From NCBI GenBank assembly GCA_002408485.1, contig DHSP01000029.1, positions 1,977 through 65,976 of the forward strand: a DNA stretch of 64,000 bases, read 5' to 3'. The translations under genes were made by a program, and so were the position numbers. The DNA comes from Proteiniphilum sp. UBA5283 (lineage in GTDB: Bacteria > Bacteroidota > Bacteroidia > Bacteroidales > Dysgonomonadaceae). Below are positions 11,115 through 20,956 of this stretch, piece after piece (the first letter of the stretch is position 1; each line of letters starts with the position of its first letter). Under the pieces are notes generated by a model. The model was not told where the DNA came from and made no database searches. It worked only from the letters and a program-made list of their open reading frames with translations.

Positions 11115-13654
11115 CGGTTCATCTTGTCCGGGATCTTGCGGTTACTTTCCGGGGGGCCCAGGTAGCTGGGTTTCAATCCGCCGGTGTTGATCAGGACTTT
11201 CTGCAATACGATCCCCGGGTCCAGCACGCGATAACGGAGGGTGTGAATGCCCGGGGTGTCGATGGTGTGGGTGGTGGCAGATCTGATGAGGTGTTCAGCC
11301 TGCCATTGTCCCAGCTCACCGCGATAATGGCCATTGAAGTTGATACGCTGCGGCGTCTCACCGTCGAAGGAAACCTCGTAGCGCAAACCTTTGTTATCGT
11401 TGAAATTCAGGGTGGGGGCCAGCAACAGCTGTAGCTCTATCTCCCCGGTGGTTTCAAAGACGATGTCATACTCCAGGTAAAGATTCTCACCGGGAGAGGG
11501 GTAGCCATTTTGTGGTAAGGTGGTTATGCCGGAGAGGGTTTTGCCGAAGTGGGGAATCACCTCCCAGTGGATGTCGCCGGCATCCTGATAGCGGGTGAAA
11601 TTCTCCGCCTCAATGGAGACATACCCGTTTTGTTCCAGATATATTTTGTCAAAGTCAGCCTCCTCCGGGGTGACACGGGTAACCCGGGGCATGATGTTGC
11701 GAGGCGGCTCCTGCCAGGAGAAGTAGCCGATGCGGGTCTGATCCATCATGTGCATCCATTTTCCGCCGGCAATGGCTGTGTTGTACTCCACCTGCAACAG
11801 CGAGTCGCGGACAAAGCACTCTTTCACCACGTCGGCATACCGGTTGGCCCGCAAATCTTTTTGTGCTGCCAGCTGCCGGTTCATCGCCACAGCGTAATAC
11901 ATCTCGTAGAGGTTGCTGCAGGCATTGACCGGGTAGAGCACCAGCTGGTAATAGGCATCCTTGTATTTATCTGGTAATTGAGCATATAGCCTGAATGCAT
12001 CGAGAGCCAGGGCACGGTACTCGTTTACCACTCTTTCAAACTCACCGTAGTTTTCCAGACTGTAGGTACGTTCGTTCAACAGTTCCGGTGTAACTCTCCT
12101 GTTGTATTTCGCGTAGTAGGTGAGGATGCGGGCAATTTCTTCAGCATGCGATGTGCCAAATTGTTGGGCAGCCCATTGTTTTGTATGGTTCATTAGATTT
12201 TTCGGGTTAAACCGATTTGGGTCCCAGGCCATGTCGAGGAAGAAACTGATGGGATACTCCATGGGTTTGAGGTCTCCAACGTTTACAATCCAGAGCCTGT
12301 CTACACCGTGCTCGTAAGCCAGATTCATCTGTTCCCAGATGCGTTGAACAGGGCTTATGTTGATCCATTTGGAGTTGCGTGGAGCCCCCACGTAGTCGAA
12401 ATGATAATAAATACCATATCCGCCTTCTCTGGGTTTGGCATGTATGGAGGGTAGCTTGCGTATGTTGCCCCAGTTGTCGTCGCAATAGAGCAGCGTCACA
12501 TCGTCCGGTACTCTCATCCCGTGGTCATAGTAATCCTGCACCTCTTTGTACAATGCCCATACCTGTGGTGTCTGGCTTGCTTTCTTACCGGTAACCCCCT
12601 CAATAATCTTTCGTTGATCTTTTACAATCTTCTCCAGCAGTGCAATGTTCACGCTCTCTTCCATGGCTTCGTCACCGTCACCCCGCATGCCGACGGTGAC
12701 GATCTTTTCCCAGTCCCTACTTCGTTGTATGCCGTATTTCCATGACTGCTTCAGTGTTTCAGCATTTAGGTTGTAGTCCCAGTTTTTGGGTAATTTGTTT
12801 CTTTGCACATACCGGTGCCAGTCTGTTTGTGCCATTGCCATGGGTTCGTGGTGTGAGGTACCCATGATAATTCCCATTTCATTCGCCAGCACTCCGTTTT
12901 GCGGATCGTCATCGTAAAAAGCACTGCCCCACATTGCCGGCCAGAGGAAGTTGCCTTTCAGGCGTAGAAGCAGTTCGAACACCTTCTCATAAAAGGCGCT
13001 GTTAAACCCGCCAAAGGTGGCGTTTGCCCATCCGCTCAGGGATGGAGCCTCGTCGTTGAGGAAAATGCCCCGGTATGCCACTGTCGGCTCCCCGTCGGTA
13101 TAAACTCCTTTTTGAAAATAGAGTTGTTCTTTTTTATCTACCGGGACATCTGCCCAGTAATACCAGGGTGATACGCCCAGCTGTTTCGAAAATTCATAAA
13201 TCCCGAAGATGGTTCCCCTTTTGTCGCTGCCGGCGATGACTATGGCTTCCGTAACCCCCTCACAGGGGTTTGCTACCGTTTCAATGATAAACATCTCACG
13301 CTTTCCTTTCAGCTTCGCAGCATCAATTTTTTTCAGCCGTATCAACTCGTCGATAGCAGAACCTGTACCCACAGTGCCGATAATGACCAGCGTCATCTGA
13401 TCGGGAGTAAATGAGCTGATCAGATTTGGTTTGTGGCCGGTAACTTTTTCGAAATCGCTTTGCAAATCACTTACTGCCCGCTTAATACCTTTATCGGCGT
13501 CGGGGTAAAGCAAGATAGAAGCAATCCTGCCGGTTTCACACAAGGTGATGGTGTTGTTGTTTTTTTGCGAGGTGATGAAATCTTCTGTAGCACTCATTCT
13601 ACAGAAGATACATCCCACAACAGCAACCAAGGTCATGATTCTTTTGCAGTTCAT
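11111..13654 (-). CDS. GH115 alpha-(4-O-methyl)glucuronidase
   Basis: Motifs IAGSDKRGTIFGIYE, GVSPWYYWAD, YRGIFLNDE, FLWPAMW, GTSHHEPM, GMRGDGD, DDNWGNIR, YYHFDYVG and NVGDLKPME. Start placed at MNCKRIM (13654). Confidence 0.95.
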   Translation of the reverse strand: MNCKRIMTLVAVVGCIFCRMSATEDFITSQKNNNTITLCETGRIASILLYPDADKGIKRAVSDLQSDFEKVTGHKPNLISSFTPDQMTLVIIGTVGTGSAIDELIRLKKIDAAKLKGKREMFIIETVANPCEGVTEAIVIAGSDKRGTIFGIYEFSKQLGVSPWYYWADVPVDKKEQLYFQKGVYTDGEPTVAYRGIFLNDEAPSLSGWANATFGGFNSAFYEKVFELLLRLKGNFLWPAMWGSAFYDDDPQNGVLANEMGIIMGTSHHEPMAMAQTDWHRYVQRNKLPKNWDYNLNAETLKQSWKYGIQRSRDWEKIVTVGMRGDGDEAMEESVNIALLEKIVKDQRKIIEGVTGKKASQTPQVWALYKEVQDYYDHGMRVPDDVTLLYCDDNWGNIRKLPSIHAKPREGGYGIYYHFDYVGAPRNSKWINISPVQRIWEQMNLAYEHGVDRLWIVNVGDLKPMEYPISFFLDMAWDPNRFNPKNLMNHTKQWAAQQFGTSHAEEIARILTYYAKYNRRVTPELLNERTYSLENYGEFERVVNEYRALALDAFRLYAQLPDKYKDAYYQLVLYPVNACSNLYEMYYAVAMNRQLAAQKDLRANRYADVVKECFVRDSLLQVEYNTAIAGGKWMHMMDQTRIGYFSWQEPPRNIMPRVTRVTPEEADFDKIYLEQNGYVSIEAENFTRYQDAGDIHWEVIPHFGKTLSGITTLPQNGYPSPGENLYLEYDIVFETTGEIELQLLLAPTLNFNDNKGLRYEVSFDGETPQRINFNGHYRGELGQWQAEHLIRSATTHTIDTPGIHTLRYRVLDPGIVLQKVLINTGGLKPSYLGPPESNRKIPDKMNR

Positions 13655-13667
13655 ATATTTCTTCCTT

Positions 13668-14939
13668 TTACAGCCCGTTAGCCGGGGATATAATCCGATA
13701 GTTGCCACTCAGGTGCATCCATGCAAACAACCGCAACAATCCGTCATAATAGGCATCGAAGTAGCCGTCGTCATAGGGTTCATGGCTGCTGTTCCAGAAA
13801 TGATCCACAAACTCACGGCTCTTATCGTGGGAACAGACCAGCGAGACTGCAGCGGAACTGGCTACCAGCCCCAGAGAATGGCGCAGTTTCTTGTATCCGC
13901 CCGCACCCAGAATCTCACTTACCGGAGTACCGTCCACATTATACTGATCCACGAACCGGTCCACTCCCTGTGCGTAGAGGAAATTCTGAATCTTGTGGCC
14001 ATATGTCCGTTGCCATTCTTTATCTTCACATGCCCAACTGTAATCGAGGGCGATATTCATGGGTACACGCCAGGAGTCAAAACGGAAAGCATCGCCAATA
14101 ATTCGCCCGCTGTTGAGGAGGGATCCGTCGTAGCGGCTATAGTCGGGATTCAACCCTGTTTCGGGATGAATGGCTTTTTGCAGGTAGGCACGGCTAATCC
14201 GGGCACACTCCCTCCAATAGTCGGCTCTCCCATCTTCAGCCCATCGTGCCCACACTTCGTAGAAGGCAGGCACATGATAGGAAGGATCCGTGAAGCCGGC
14301 TCCATAGCCTGTTGGGACAAAGGTGATGAGCTGGTGTTCGGGATGAATCAGCGGTGTCACACCGTTTTCGCCGGTTTTGTCCATGGAACTGTTGAGGATA
14401 AATTGTGCCTCCGAGAGATAGTCGATACCGGTATCGTTGCCCCAGCGGTTGGAGGCAAACAGCAGGGAGGTGATGTAATAAAATTCACCGTCGGAAGCCG
14501 GTCCCTGTGAGTTGGGGGTGCCGTCTGTCCGGCAGCTCCAGCGGAAGTACCCCTTCAAAGGTCCCTCCTGGTGCTGCATGAAATGCTTTGACCAGCGCCA
14601 GAGGCGGTCGAACATCTCTTTGTTGTCGCGCTGTACGGCAATCATCATGCCGTACGACATTCCCTCGGAGCGGACATCGTTGTTCTTGATATCGGAGATG
14701 TAGGCCATCGTGTCACCGGTTTCAAAATAAATTTTTTGCGGTCCCTCAAACAGGTCGTGGAAGGCCTCTTCCAGCTTGGCATCTATATCACGTTGTTTGT
14801 AACCCATCTCGGCGAGTAGATTGCGATACTTGCCGGTTTCGAAAGCCCCTTTATCCCAGGGCTTCTGGACTGCAGAGGCGCAGTTAGTCAACTGCATGCA
14901 ACTCAATAACAAAATTATACGGAGCATCTTATTTTTCAT
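13668..14939 (-). CDS. GH8 reducing-end xylose-releasing exo-oligoxylanase (Rex-type), probable lipoprotein
   Basis: Motifs DVRSEGMSYGM, PASDGE, FTDPSYH, FRFDSWR and YYDGLL. Lipobox-like LTNC. Start placed at MKNKMLR (14939). Confidence 0.92.
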   Translation of the reverse strand: MKNKMLRIILLLSCMQLTNCASAVQKPWDKGAFETGKYRNLLAEMGYKQRDIDAKLEEAFHDLFEGPQKIYFETGDTMAYISDIKNNDVRSEGMSYGMMIAVQRDNKEMFDRLWRWSKHFMQHQEGPLKGYFRWSCRTDGTPNSQGPASDGEFYYITSLLFASNRWGNDTGIDYLSEAQFILNSSMDKTGENGVTPLIHPEHQLITFVPTGYGAGFTDPSYHVPAFYEVWARWAEDGRADYWRECARISRAYLQKAIHPETGLNPDYSRYDGSLLNSGRIIGDAFRFDSWRVPMNIALDYSWACEDKEWQRTYGHKIQNFLYAQGVDRFVDQYNVDGTPVSEILGAGGYKKLRHSLGLVASSAAVSLVCSHDKSREFVDHFWNSSHEPYDDGYFDAYYDGLLRLFAWMHLSGNYRIISPANGL

Positions 14940-14974
14940 ACAACTAAAATTGTTGATTTTCAAATGTTTTTGTG

Positions 14975-15028
14975 TGAAACTCGCAGTGAATTATATTCTC
15001 AGATGTAACAAGTTGCATACTTGTTTCA
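14975..15028 (-). repeat. Dispersed intergenic hairpin element, copy A (upstream of GH8)
   Basis: mRNA-strand sequence UGAAAC-AA-GUAUG...UAUA...UGC-GA-GUUUCA. Aligns with the copies at 36709, 51284 and 53464. Confidence 0.7.
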
Positions 15029-15084
15029 TGCAAAATTGGATGTTCAGGTTGAAACATCTATTTCTGGATCGTTTTGAGGATTGT

Positions 15085-16671
15085 TCATTTTCCGGTGATG
15101 CGGTCTTCAATCCGATAATAGTCAAAATCGACATATCCTCCTGTCTCTTTCGTCGAATAATGGATCAGCCCAAACCGGTAACCCATAAAGTGGGGGAGGG
15201 TATAGGCCATTTGGAGGGTATTGCCGATGGCGGTCCAGTTTACACCGTCGAGGCTGTAGAAGCAGTAGGCCTTGTCTGTCCTGTTTTTGAAGTCACATTC
15301 GATTTTCAGATGGACGCCGTTCTGTTCCAGGGGAAAAGAAGCTACCTCCACCGGTTCATCTTTTTCACCGTTGATCATCACAATTGTATAGCGGTTCTTC
15401 TCCTTCTTAACGCCTACAAAGGCATATTTCTTCTGCAGGGCAATCATTCCGGCGTAATCTCCGTTCTTCATGGAGGAAACTTCAACGAATGTGGAGGCAG
15501 CACTCTCCGGTCCGAATGTGCGCTGGGTTAATATGTTTCTCGCCTGCAGGGGTGAGTTGTCGATCCTGCTGCTGGTCAGCCGGAGGTATCCCGGTGAGTC
15601 GGAGAGCGACCAGTAGCGGTCGTCAGGATTATGGTTCCACTGCCAGCAGAGGGGCAGGGGTGCATCGCCTTCAATCCGGTTGAACTCGTCGGATGAAACG
15701 ATTCCCCAAACCCCGAGCTGTTCGCTAACAGGGATGTCGAGCGTGTCGGGGACGTTGCCATTTTCTCCCAGCACCGGCCAGCCGTTTTCCCATTTCATCG
15801 GCATCAGATAGGGAATCCGCCCTACAGCCCCGTAATCACGGAACATATAGGCATACCAGTCTCCTTCCGGAGTATCGATAATGCTTCCCTGTGCTATTCC
15901 ACGATCCTTCAGTACCACTTTGCCCTCGTAGGGGCCGGTGATTTCTTTGGCACGATGCACAATCACCGTGCGCATATCGTTGGGTGGCCAGGTGATGTTA
16001 AAGAGGTAATAATATCCGTTGTGTTTCACCATCTGTGACCCCTCGGCAGGGAGGCCGACTTTTTCTGATGCTACCCGGCTGGCATTGGGAATGATTACCT
16101 TGTTTATGCCGTTTTCCTTCAGCCCGGATACTTCATCCGTAAGCTCTGCAATACGGATATCGCCTGCACCGTAAATCATATAAACCTTGCCGTCGTTATC
16201 GAAGAAAAGTGTGTTGTCGTGAAGTACAGGCTCAAAGGTAGTCTCTTTCCATTCCCCTTTTTCAATGTTGTCGGTGGTGTAGACATGTGTTTTTCCCGAA
16301 GTGGAGGAAAAGGTGGAAACGTAGTAGCGTCCGTTGTGAAATCGAATGCTACTGGCCCAGGACCCGGCGCCGTAGGCATTCTTCCCGTTTTCCAGACGCA
16401 GCTTCTCGTTGTCGGCCAACCTGTCGTAGGCATAGCTGACCAGCTTCCAGTTCACCAGGTCTTTTGATTTCATGATGGGCACTCCGGGACTCATGTGCAT
16501 GGTTGTACTGCTCATGTAGTAAGTGTCCCCTACGCGAACCATGGCAACATCGGGAACATCTGCCCAGATAATGGGGTTGGTTGCTTTTATTATTTTTCCC
16601 TCCTCCTCTGTGCTACTGTTGGCACAGAAAAAGTTTAACAGCAACAAGGGTATCACAAAAAGTCGTTTCAT
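15085..16671 (-). CDS. GH43 alpha-L-arabinofuranosidase/beta-xylosidase (GH43_10-like) with C-terminal beta-sandwich
   Basis: Motifs NPIIWADVPDVAMVRVGDTYYMSSTTMH, GSWASSIR, LPAEGSQ, IAQGSII and WQWNHNP. Confidence 0.92.
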   Translation of the reverse strand: MKRLFVIPLLLLNFFCANSSTEEEGKIIKATNPIIWADVPDVAMVRVGDTYYMSSTTMHMSPGVPIMKSKDLVNWKLVSYAYDRLADNEKLRLENGKNAYGAGSWASSIRFHNGRYYVSTFSSTSGKTHVYTTDNIEKGEWKETTFEPVLHDNTLFFDNDGKVYMIYGAGDIRIAELTDEVSGLKENGINKVIIPNASRVASEKVGLPAEGSQMVKHNGYYYLFNITWPPNDMRTVIVHRAKEITGPYEGKVVLKDRGIAQGSIIDTPEGDWYAYMFRDYGAVGRIPYLMPMKWENGWPVLGENGNVPDTLDIPVSEQLGVWGIVSSDEFNRIEGDAPLPLCWQWNHNPDDRYWSLSDSPGYLRLTSSRIDNSPLQARNILTQRTFGPESAASTFVEVSSMKNGDYAGMIALQKKYAFVGVKKEKNRYTIVMINGEKDEPVEVASFPLEQNGVHLKIECDFKNRTDKAYCFYSLDGVNWTAIGNTLQMAYTLPHFMGYRFGLIHYSTKETGGYVDFDYYRIEDRITGK

Positions 16672-16680
16672 ATTTTATTT

Positions 16681-18621
16681 TTAAGTTGGTTTATCTGTGA
16701 GATATACATCTTTGATGACGATGGGTTTTCCACCTGACGACCAGAACCCGATGATGTATATGTGCGATGGATTTAGTTTTACCTGCTGTCCGCCAATTTG
16801 CTTGTACATATTATCAAGCTCAACCACGACTTTTCGTCCGTTGCTAAAATCGTAGAGAGCAGGTTGTGACCAATAATTGTTTTCATCGAACAGGCGAAAA
16901 GAAACGCTGGCATTGTTGTCGTTGCCAAGCTCGGCGACCAGGTATTTGTAACCTGACAGGTCAACGCCTTTGTTATACCACCATCCACCAAAGCCCCACT
17001 GGCCGGTGATCAGTGTCTTTGTCTCTTCGTCGAACGTCCCTGTCGCAAAAATGGAAGGGTTGAACATCCCGACTGTCAGCGGGAAGGTGGTGGCATGGAC
17101 GGTGACCGTTATTTTCCGGGTAACTCCGCCTGGCGGGGTGTAGGTAGCTGTAACCACTGCCGTTCCGTCTTTGAGGGCACTCATGATGCCGTTGTCCGCA
17201 ATGCGCACCACCGACTCGTCGGAGACATGGAAACGGGTTTCTCCGGTCACATGCCGGGTGGAACCGTCGGCAAAGGTTGCCTCTGTGATCAGGTAACGCT
17301 CCCCACCCGTCAATATCTGCAAATTGTCGTTCACGCCCACAAGCTGTAAATTCGTTAATTCTCCGGCTGCTCCTGTTTGTCCTTCCGCATATTCCCTGAA
17401 CCAGTGATAGATGGGCCATGGGCAGGCTTCGGGGTCGTTCAGAAATGTGTATCGTCCCGGTGTACCCGCTTTGTTGGTAAATGCAGCCAGCCGGTGGCAT
17501 TCGGTAAAGAGGAGCCAGCTTACATTCCCTGTCATGTCGGCAATATATTTGAAATTGGCGCCGAACCCCGCTCCACCCACCGTTCCGGTAAAGCTTTTGC
17601 CCCAGGAGGCTTCGTATTTGGCCGGTGCCCAGTCCATCTCCGTCACCATTATGGGGGCGATGTCTGCGACCGGTTTTACCTGTGCATTCCAGCCACGTTG
17701 GAAGCTTTCGTATCCGCCACCCATGGTGCCGCCCAGCTCCACGCTTGCTTCTTCGGTATCGCTGCCATACCAGCCGGGATAGGCATGTACGGCGTAACCG
17801 ATGTTTGTTCCCTCCACGGGGTTCGCAGCAAAACCGCTGAAGGAAGATTGATAGGCCAGTCCGGGGACCCAGATAATGTTGTTTGCGTTTTCTCTTATCT
17901 TGTCCACAATGCGCTGGCAGAAGGTTTTCATCCGGTCGAAATGACCCTGTCCATTGCTGGCATATGTGCCATCCGGGCCTAGAATATTGATTGGTTCGTT
18001 TGCCAGTTCAAACATGATACCCGTGTTGTTTCTGATTTTTGGATGTGCTGAAACGATGCTCCATACCTGCTCAAGAAACAGGTTGTAGTCATCCCCCACG
18101 GCGATTTTTTCGGGGCTGACACCGGGAGGACGGAACACCACATAGAGACCCTTTTCATTGGCATATTCGGCCATCGGAATGAACACCTCGTTCAGGTATT
18201 TTTTAAAGCGAGTGGTGGAGAAACGCTCGTGTCCCTCGTAACGGACCGAAGGTTTGCTCGTATCGTCGCTCCAGTAAGGGTCCATGTGCATCCGGACAAA
18301 ATTCATCTTCCATCCGGCAGCCAGAATGTTGTCGATCATCGTCTTGTTGTACCGGAGGCATCCCGCCACATCGTAGTTATTCCATGCATTCTGATTGAAG
18401 AAAGGACTGTAGGTTTGTGCAAACCCGTGCAGATTGATCGTCTTGCCCTGTTCGTTCTTCAGGTATCTCCCTTCAATGCGAAGCTTCGGCAACACCGGGT
18501 CGGGTTCAGCCGTCACAGGAGGATTCGGCACTGTTTCCTCTTTGTCTGTCTCTGGTAGTTGTTCAGTACAGGAGGTGAGCAGCATGCCGCAAATAGCGAA
18601 AAGAATGAATAGGTACCTCAT
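16681..18621 (-). CDS. GH5 endo-xylanase (GH5_21-like) lipoprotein with Ig-like and C-terminal beta domains
   Basis: Lipobox LTSC. Motifs LHGFAQTYSP, FELANEP (acid/base), YAVHAYPGWY and MVTEMDW (nucleophile). Lies directly after the xus core. Confidence 0.88.
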   Translation of the reverse strand: MRYLFILFAICGMLLTSCTEQLPETDKEETVPNPPVTAEPDPVLPKLRIEGRYLKNEQGKTINLHGFAQTYSPFFNQNAWNNYDVAGCLRYNKTMIDNILAAGWKMNFVRMHMDPYWSDDTSKPSVRYEGHERFSTTRFKKYLNEVFIPMAEYANEKGLYVVFRPPGVSPEKIAVGDDYNLFLEQVWSIVSAHPKIRNNTGIMFELANEPINILGPDGTYASNGQGHFDRMKTFCQRIVDKIRENANNIIWVPGLAYQSSFSGFAANPVEGTNIGYAVHAYPGWYGSDTEEASVELGGTMGGGYESFQRGWNAQVKPVADIAPIMVTEMDWAPAKYEASWGKSFTGTVGGAGFGANFKYIADMTGNVSWLLFTECHRLAAFTNKAGTPGRYTFLNDPEACPWPIYHWFREYAEGQTGAAGELTNLQLVGVNDNLQILTGGERYLITEATFADGSTRHVTGETRFHVSDESVVRIADNGIMSALKDGTAVVTATYTPPGGVTRKITVTVHATTFPLTVGMFNPSIFATGTFDEETKTLITGQWGFGGWWYNKGVDLSGYKYLVAELGNDNNASVSFRLFDENNYWSQPALYDFSNGRKVVVELDNMYKQIGGQQVKLNPSHIYIIGFWSSGGKPIVIKDVYLTDKPT

Positions 18622-18655
18622 TTACTGTATCTTATTTTTTGTGCTGATTTGGATG

Positions 18656-18695
18656 AAAAAAGAGGACAAGGCATTTTTAGTTCCTTGCCCTCTTT
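18656..18695 (-). terminator. Intrinsic terminator after the GH10/CBM4 xylanase
   Basis: Minus strand reads AAAGAGGGCAAGG-loop-CCTTGTCCTCTTTTTT, about 20 nt after the stop. Confidence 0.8.
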
Positions 18696-18714
18696 AAATT
18701 ATATTTAAGCACGA

Positions 18715-20931
18715 TTATTTACCTGCTAAGCCGTCGGCAAATCCTGCATAGGTGTGTTTACGGTATTTACCACCTTCCGTCCAGAGACCTACCGGCTCAC
18801 CTCCTCTCCAGGAGGAACTTTTGGGACTGTCTGTCGGGCACCAGTGTGCAATGCCGTAACGTTGGCTGACCGGAATAATCTCAAAATATTTGCGGACAAT
18901 GAACTTGTAATACTCAGCCATTGCCTTATGTTGGTCTTCGGTCATCTCTTCAGTTTGCAATGAGTTACCGTCTTCATCCACATATCCCATATCGAGTTCG
19001 GTAATTCTTACCAGCTTTCCGGTTGCCGCCATCAACTCATACATTTGCACGATATGCTCTTCCTTGCTGGCCTGTGTTGCCGGGTTTGCATAGCAGGAAA
19101 CGTGCATCTGCGTACCGATTCCATCGATGACCGTTACGCCGTCGGCTTCCCATTTTTCGATCCATTTGATCAGGCTCTTCAGCTTTTGGTTATCGTCCCA
19201 GTCCGATTCCAGGTTATAATCGTTGACAAACAGTTTCATGTTTGCCGGGCCATGTGTCCTGGCCAGTTGCACCGCTGTACGTACATAGTTGTCCCCCAGG
19301 TAATCCTGCCAGTAGAAGTTGTTCTTGGCGTCTGCTTCCGATACATTTTTCACTGACTGGAGGTCGTAGAGGCCGTCGCCGTCCTTATCCGCACCGGAGA
19401 GCGGCTCGTTCACCACATCCCACGCAAGCACATATCCCTCGGTTGCATTCATCATGCCGGCAATCCATTTGTCCATGGCCCAGGTGAGGGTATCAGCCTT
19501 TTCTTCGGGGGTCTGAGGTATCTTATTCCCCGACTCTTCAATCTCCCACACGATATCGTCGAAATAGTAGGTGTTGGCCTCCTTGAATTCAGAAAGGTTG
19601 AAAGCAATGGTACTCATCCCCTCCTGCGTACCCTGGATGAGACCTGAGCTTTTGTATTCCTTCCATTCGGTTGTAAAGCTCGGGCTGCCCACCATGGCCC
19701 AGTGCAGATATTCTCCCGGTTGCTTATGTGCCTGTGATGTGGCGGTAGCGGGTTTTTCTGCACGGATCTTCATGCTGAATCGGTAGTTTTCACCCGCTTT
19801 GAATACACGCGGTGCTCTTACAAAAAACTGTGTGTCCCAGCTGTTCGCCGGACTATCGCCCGACTTCACCACAATGGCTTTTCCAACGCCGTCGGCTCCC
19901 GTTCCGGCAGGGCCAATCGTGGCAGCTTTGGGGCCGACTGTTTTTTCGGTGGCGAAGAAACAGGAGAGGTCGTTGCCTTCCACGTCACTGTTGCTCACCA
20001 GGTTGGTCCACCAGGTAGCAGGACCGCCCGCTACCGATACTACTTTAAAGGAATAAGCATGCCAGCCCGGTTTATTCCAGCCTTTCAATACCTCCTCATC
20101 AAATGATCCGTTTTCAATCAGATTTTCTTCTGATCCCGTTGCCGTTAGTACCATGTCGTCAAAAAAGAGATCTCCCTCAAAAGTACCGAAACAGAACTGA
20201 AGGGTTGTTGCATTCATTGTTGGAGTGAAAGTAACGGAAGCGTCACCCCAGTTTTCGCCAAATGCAATGTCAGGCCCATAATTAGTTGCAGAACCGTCCG
20301 TCCTCCAGAAAGCCACTGTAAAGGGTTTAGAGGCCTTCACGCGCATTTTGATGGTGTATTCCACTCCCTTCGTTAAGGGGGTTGGTAAAACATAATTCAG
20401 CTGCCAGTCCCAGATATTGGCATTGGCCTTTGGCGTAGTCGCCTGTAGGGCATTGTTGGCATCGTTGGGATCGATCTCTATCTCCTTATCAGCAATAATA
20501 GAGTTCAGGTATTTGTTGTTTTGCTGAGCATGCCATACGAGCGTATGTCCATAGATGGAGGTGTTTGCTGCCTTGGCTGCTCCCACAAATTGCACTACCT
20601 GCCCAAAATCCATTGAACCGTCGTCTTTCACTATGGAACCATATTTCATGGCATTCCCAGCGGTGATCTCATCAAAATTGGAATTGATGAGGCGGTAGAT
20701 CATTCCCTGTTTGCTGTATTCACTTGCAGTCACTCCTGCACCCAGTTTGAAACCGGGGTTGGCGCTTCTGTCGATGTAGGTTTTCAGGGCATCATAGTCG
20801 TTGAGGTATTCCATCTGTATGATCGATTCAGGCTTTTCCACCTCAAAGAGTAGTTTTGTATCGTCCACACACGAAACGGCCATCGCCAACATCAGGAAGA
20901 TCGCTCCTAAAGTATTGATTGTATGTCTCAT
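18715..20931 (-). CDS. xyn10C: GH10 endo-1,4-beta-xylanase with two CBM4-like modules inserted in the catalytic barrel (Xyn10C/Xyn10A type), surface lipoprotein
   Basis: Lipobox AVSC. ITAGNAMK and GHTLVWHAQ are followed by ~330 aa of two CBM4-like repeats (IWDWQL..., SWDTQFF...), then WDVVNEP, LFVNDYN, GIGTQMH and RITELDM. Confidence 0.93.
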   Translation of the reverse strand: MRHTINTLGAIFLMLAMAVSCVDDTKLLFEVEKPESIIQMEYLNDYDALKTYIDRSANPGFKLGAGVTASEYSKQGMIYRLINSNFDEITAGNAMKYGSIVKDDGSMDFGQVVQFVGAAKAANTSIYGHTLVWHAQQNNKYLNSIIADKEIEIDPNDANNALQATTPKANANIWDWQLNYVLPTPLTKGVEYTIKMRVKASKPFTVAFWRTDGSATNYGPDIAFGENWGDASVTFTPTMNATTLQFCFGTFEGDLFFDDMVLTATGSEENLIENGSFDEEVLKGWNKPGWHAYSFKVVSVAGGPATWWTNLVSNSDVEGNDLSCFFATEKTVGPKAATIGPAGTGADGVGKAIVVKSGDSPANSWDTQFFVRAPRVFKAGENYRFSMKIRAEKPATATSQAHKQPGEYLHWAMVGSPSFTTEWKEYKSSGLIQGTQEGMSTIAFNLSEFKEANTYYFDDIVWEIEESGNKIPQTPEEKADTLTWAMDKWIAGMMNATEGYVLAWDVVNEPLSGADKDGDGLYDLQSVKNVSEADAKNNFYWQDYLGDNYVRTAVQLARTHGPANMKLFVNDYNLESDWDDNQKLKSLIKWIEKWEADGVTVIDGIGTQMHVSCYANPATQASKEEHIVQMYELMAATGKLVRITELDMGYVDEDGNSLQTEEMTEDQHKAMAEYYKFIVRKYFEIIPVSQRYGIAHWCPTDSPKSSSWRGGEPVGLWTEGGKYRKHTYAGFADGLAGK

Positions 20932-20956
20932 AATCTAATTTTTTTTGGAAAGCAAT

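Noticed and set aside
3370-14510. Long antisense ORFs such as 3370-4221 (283 aa) and 13545-14510 (321 aa)
   Set aside because: They lie opposite well-supported CAZyme genes and have no motifs or signal peptides; typical shadow frames.
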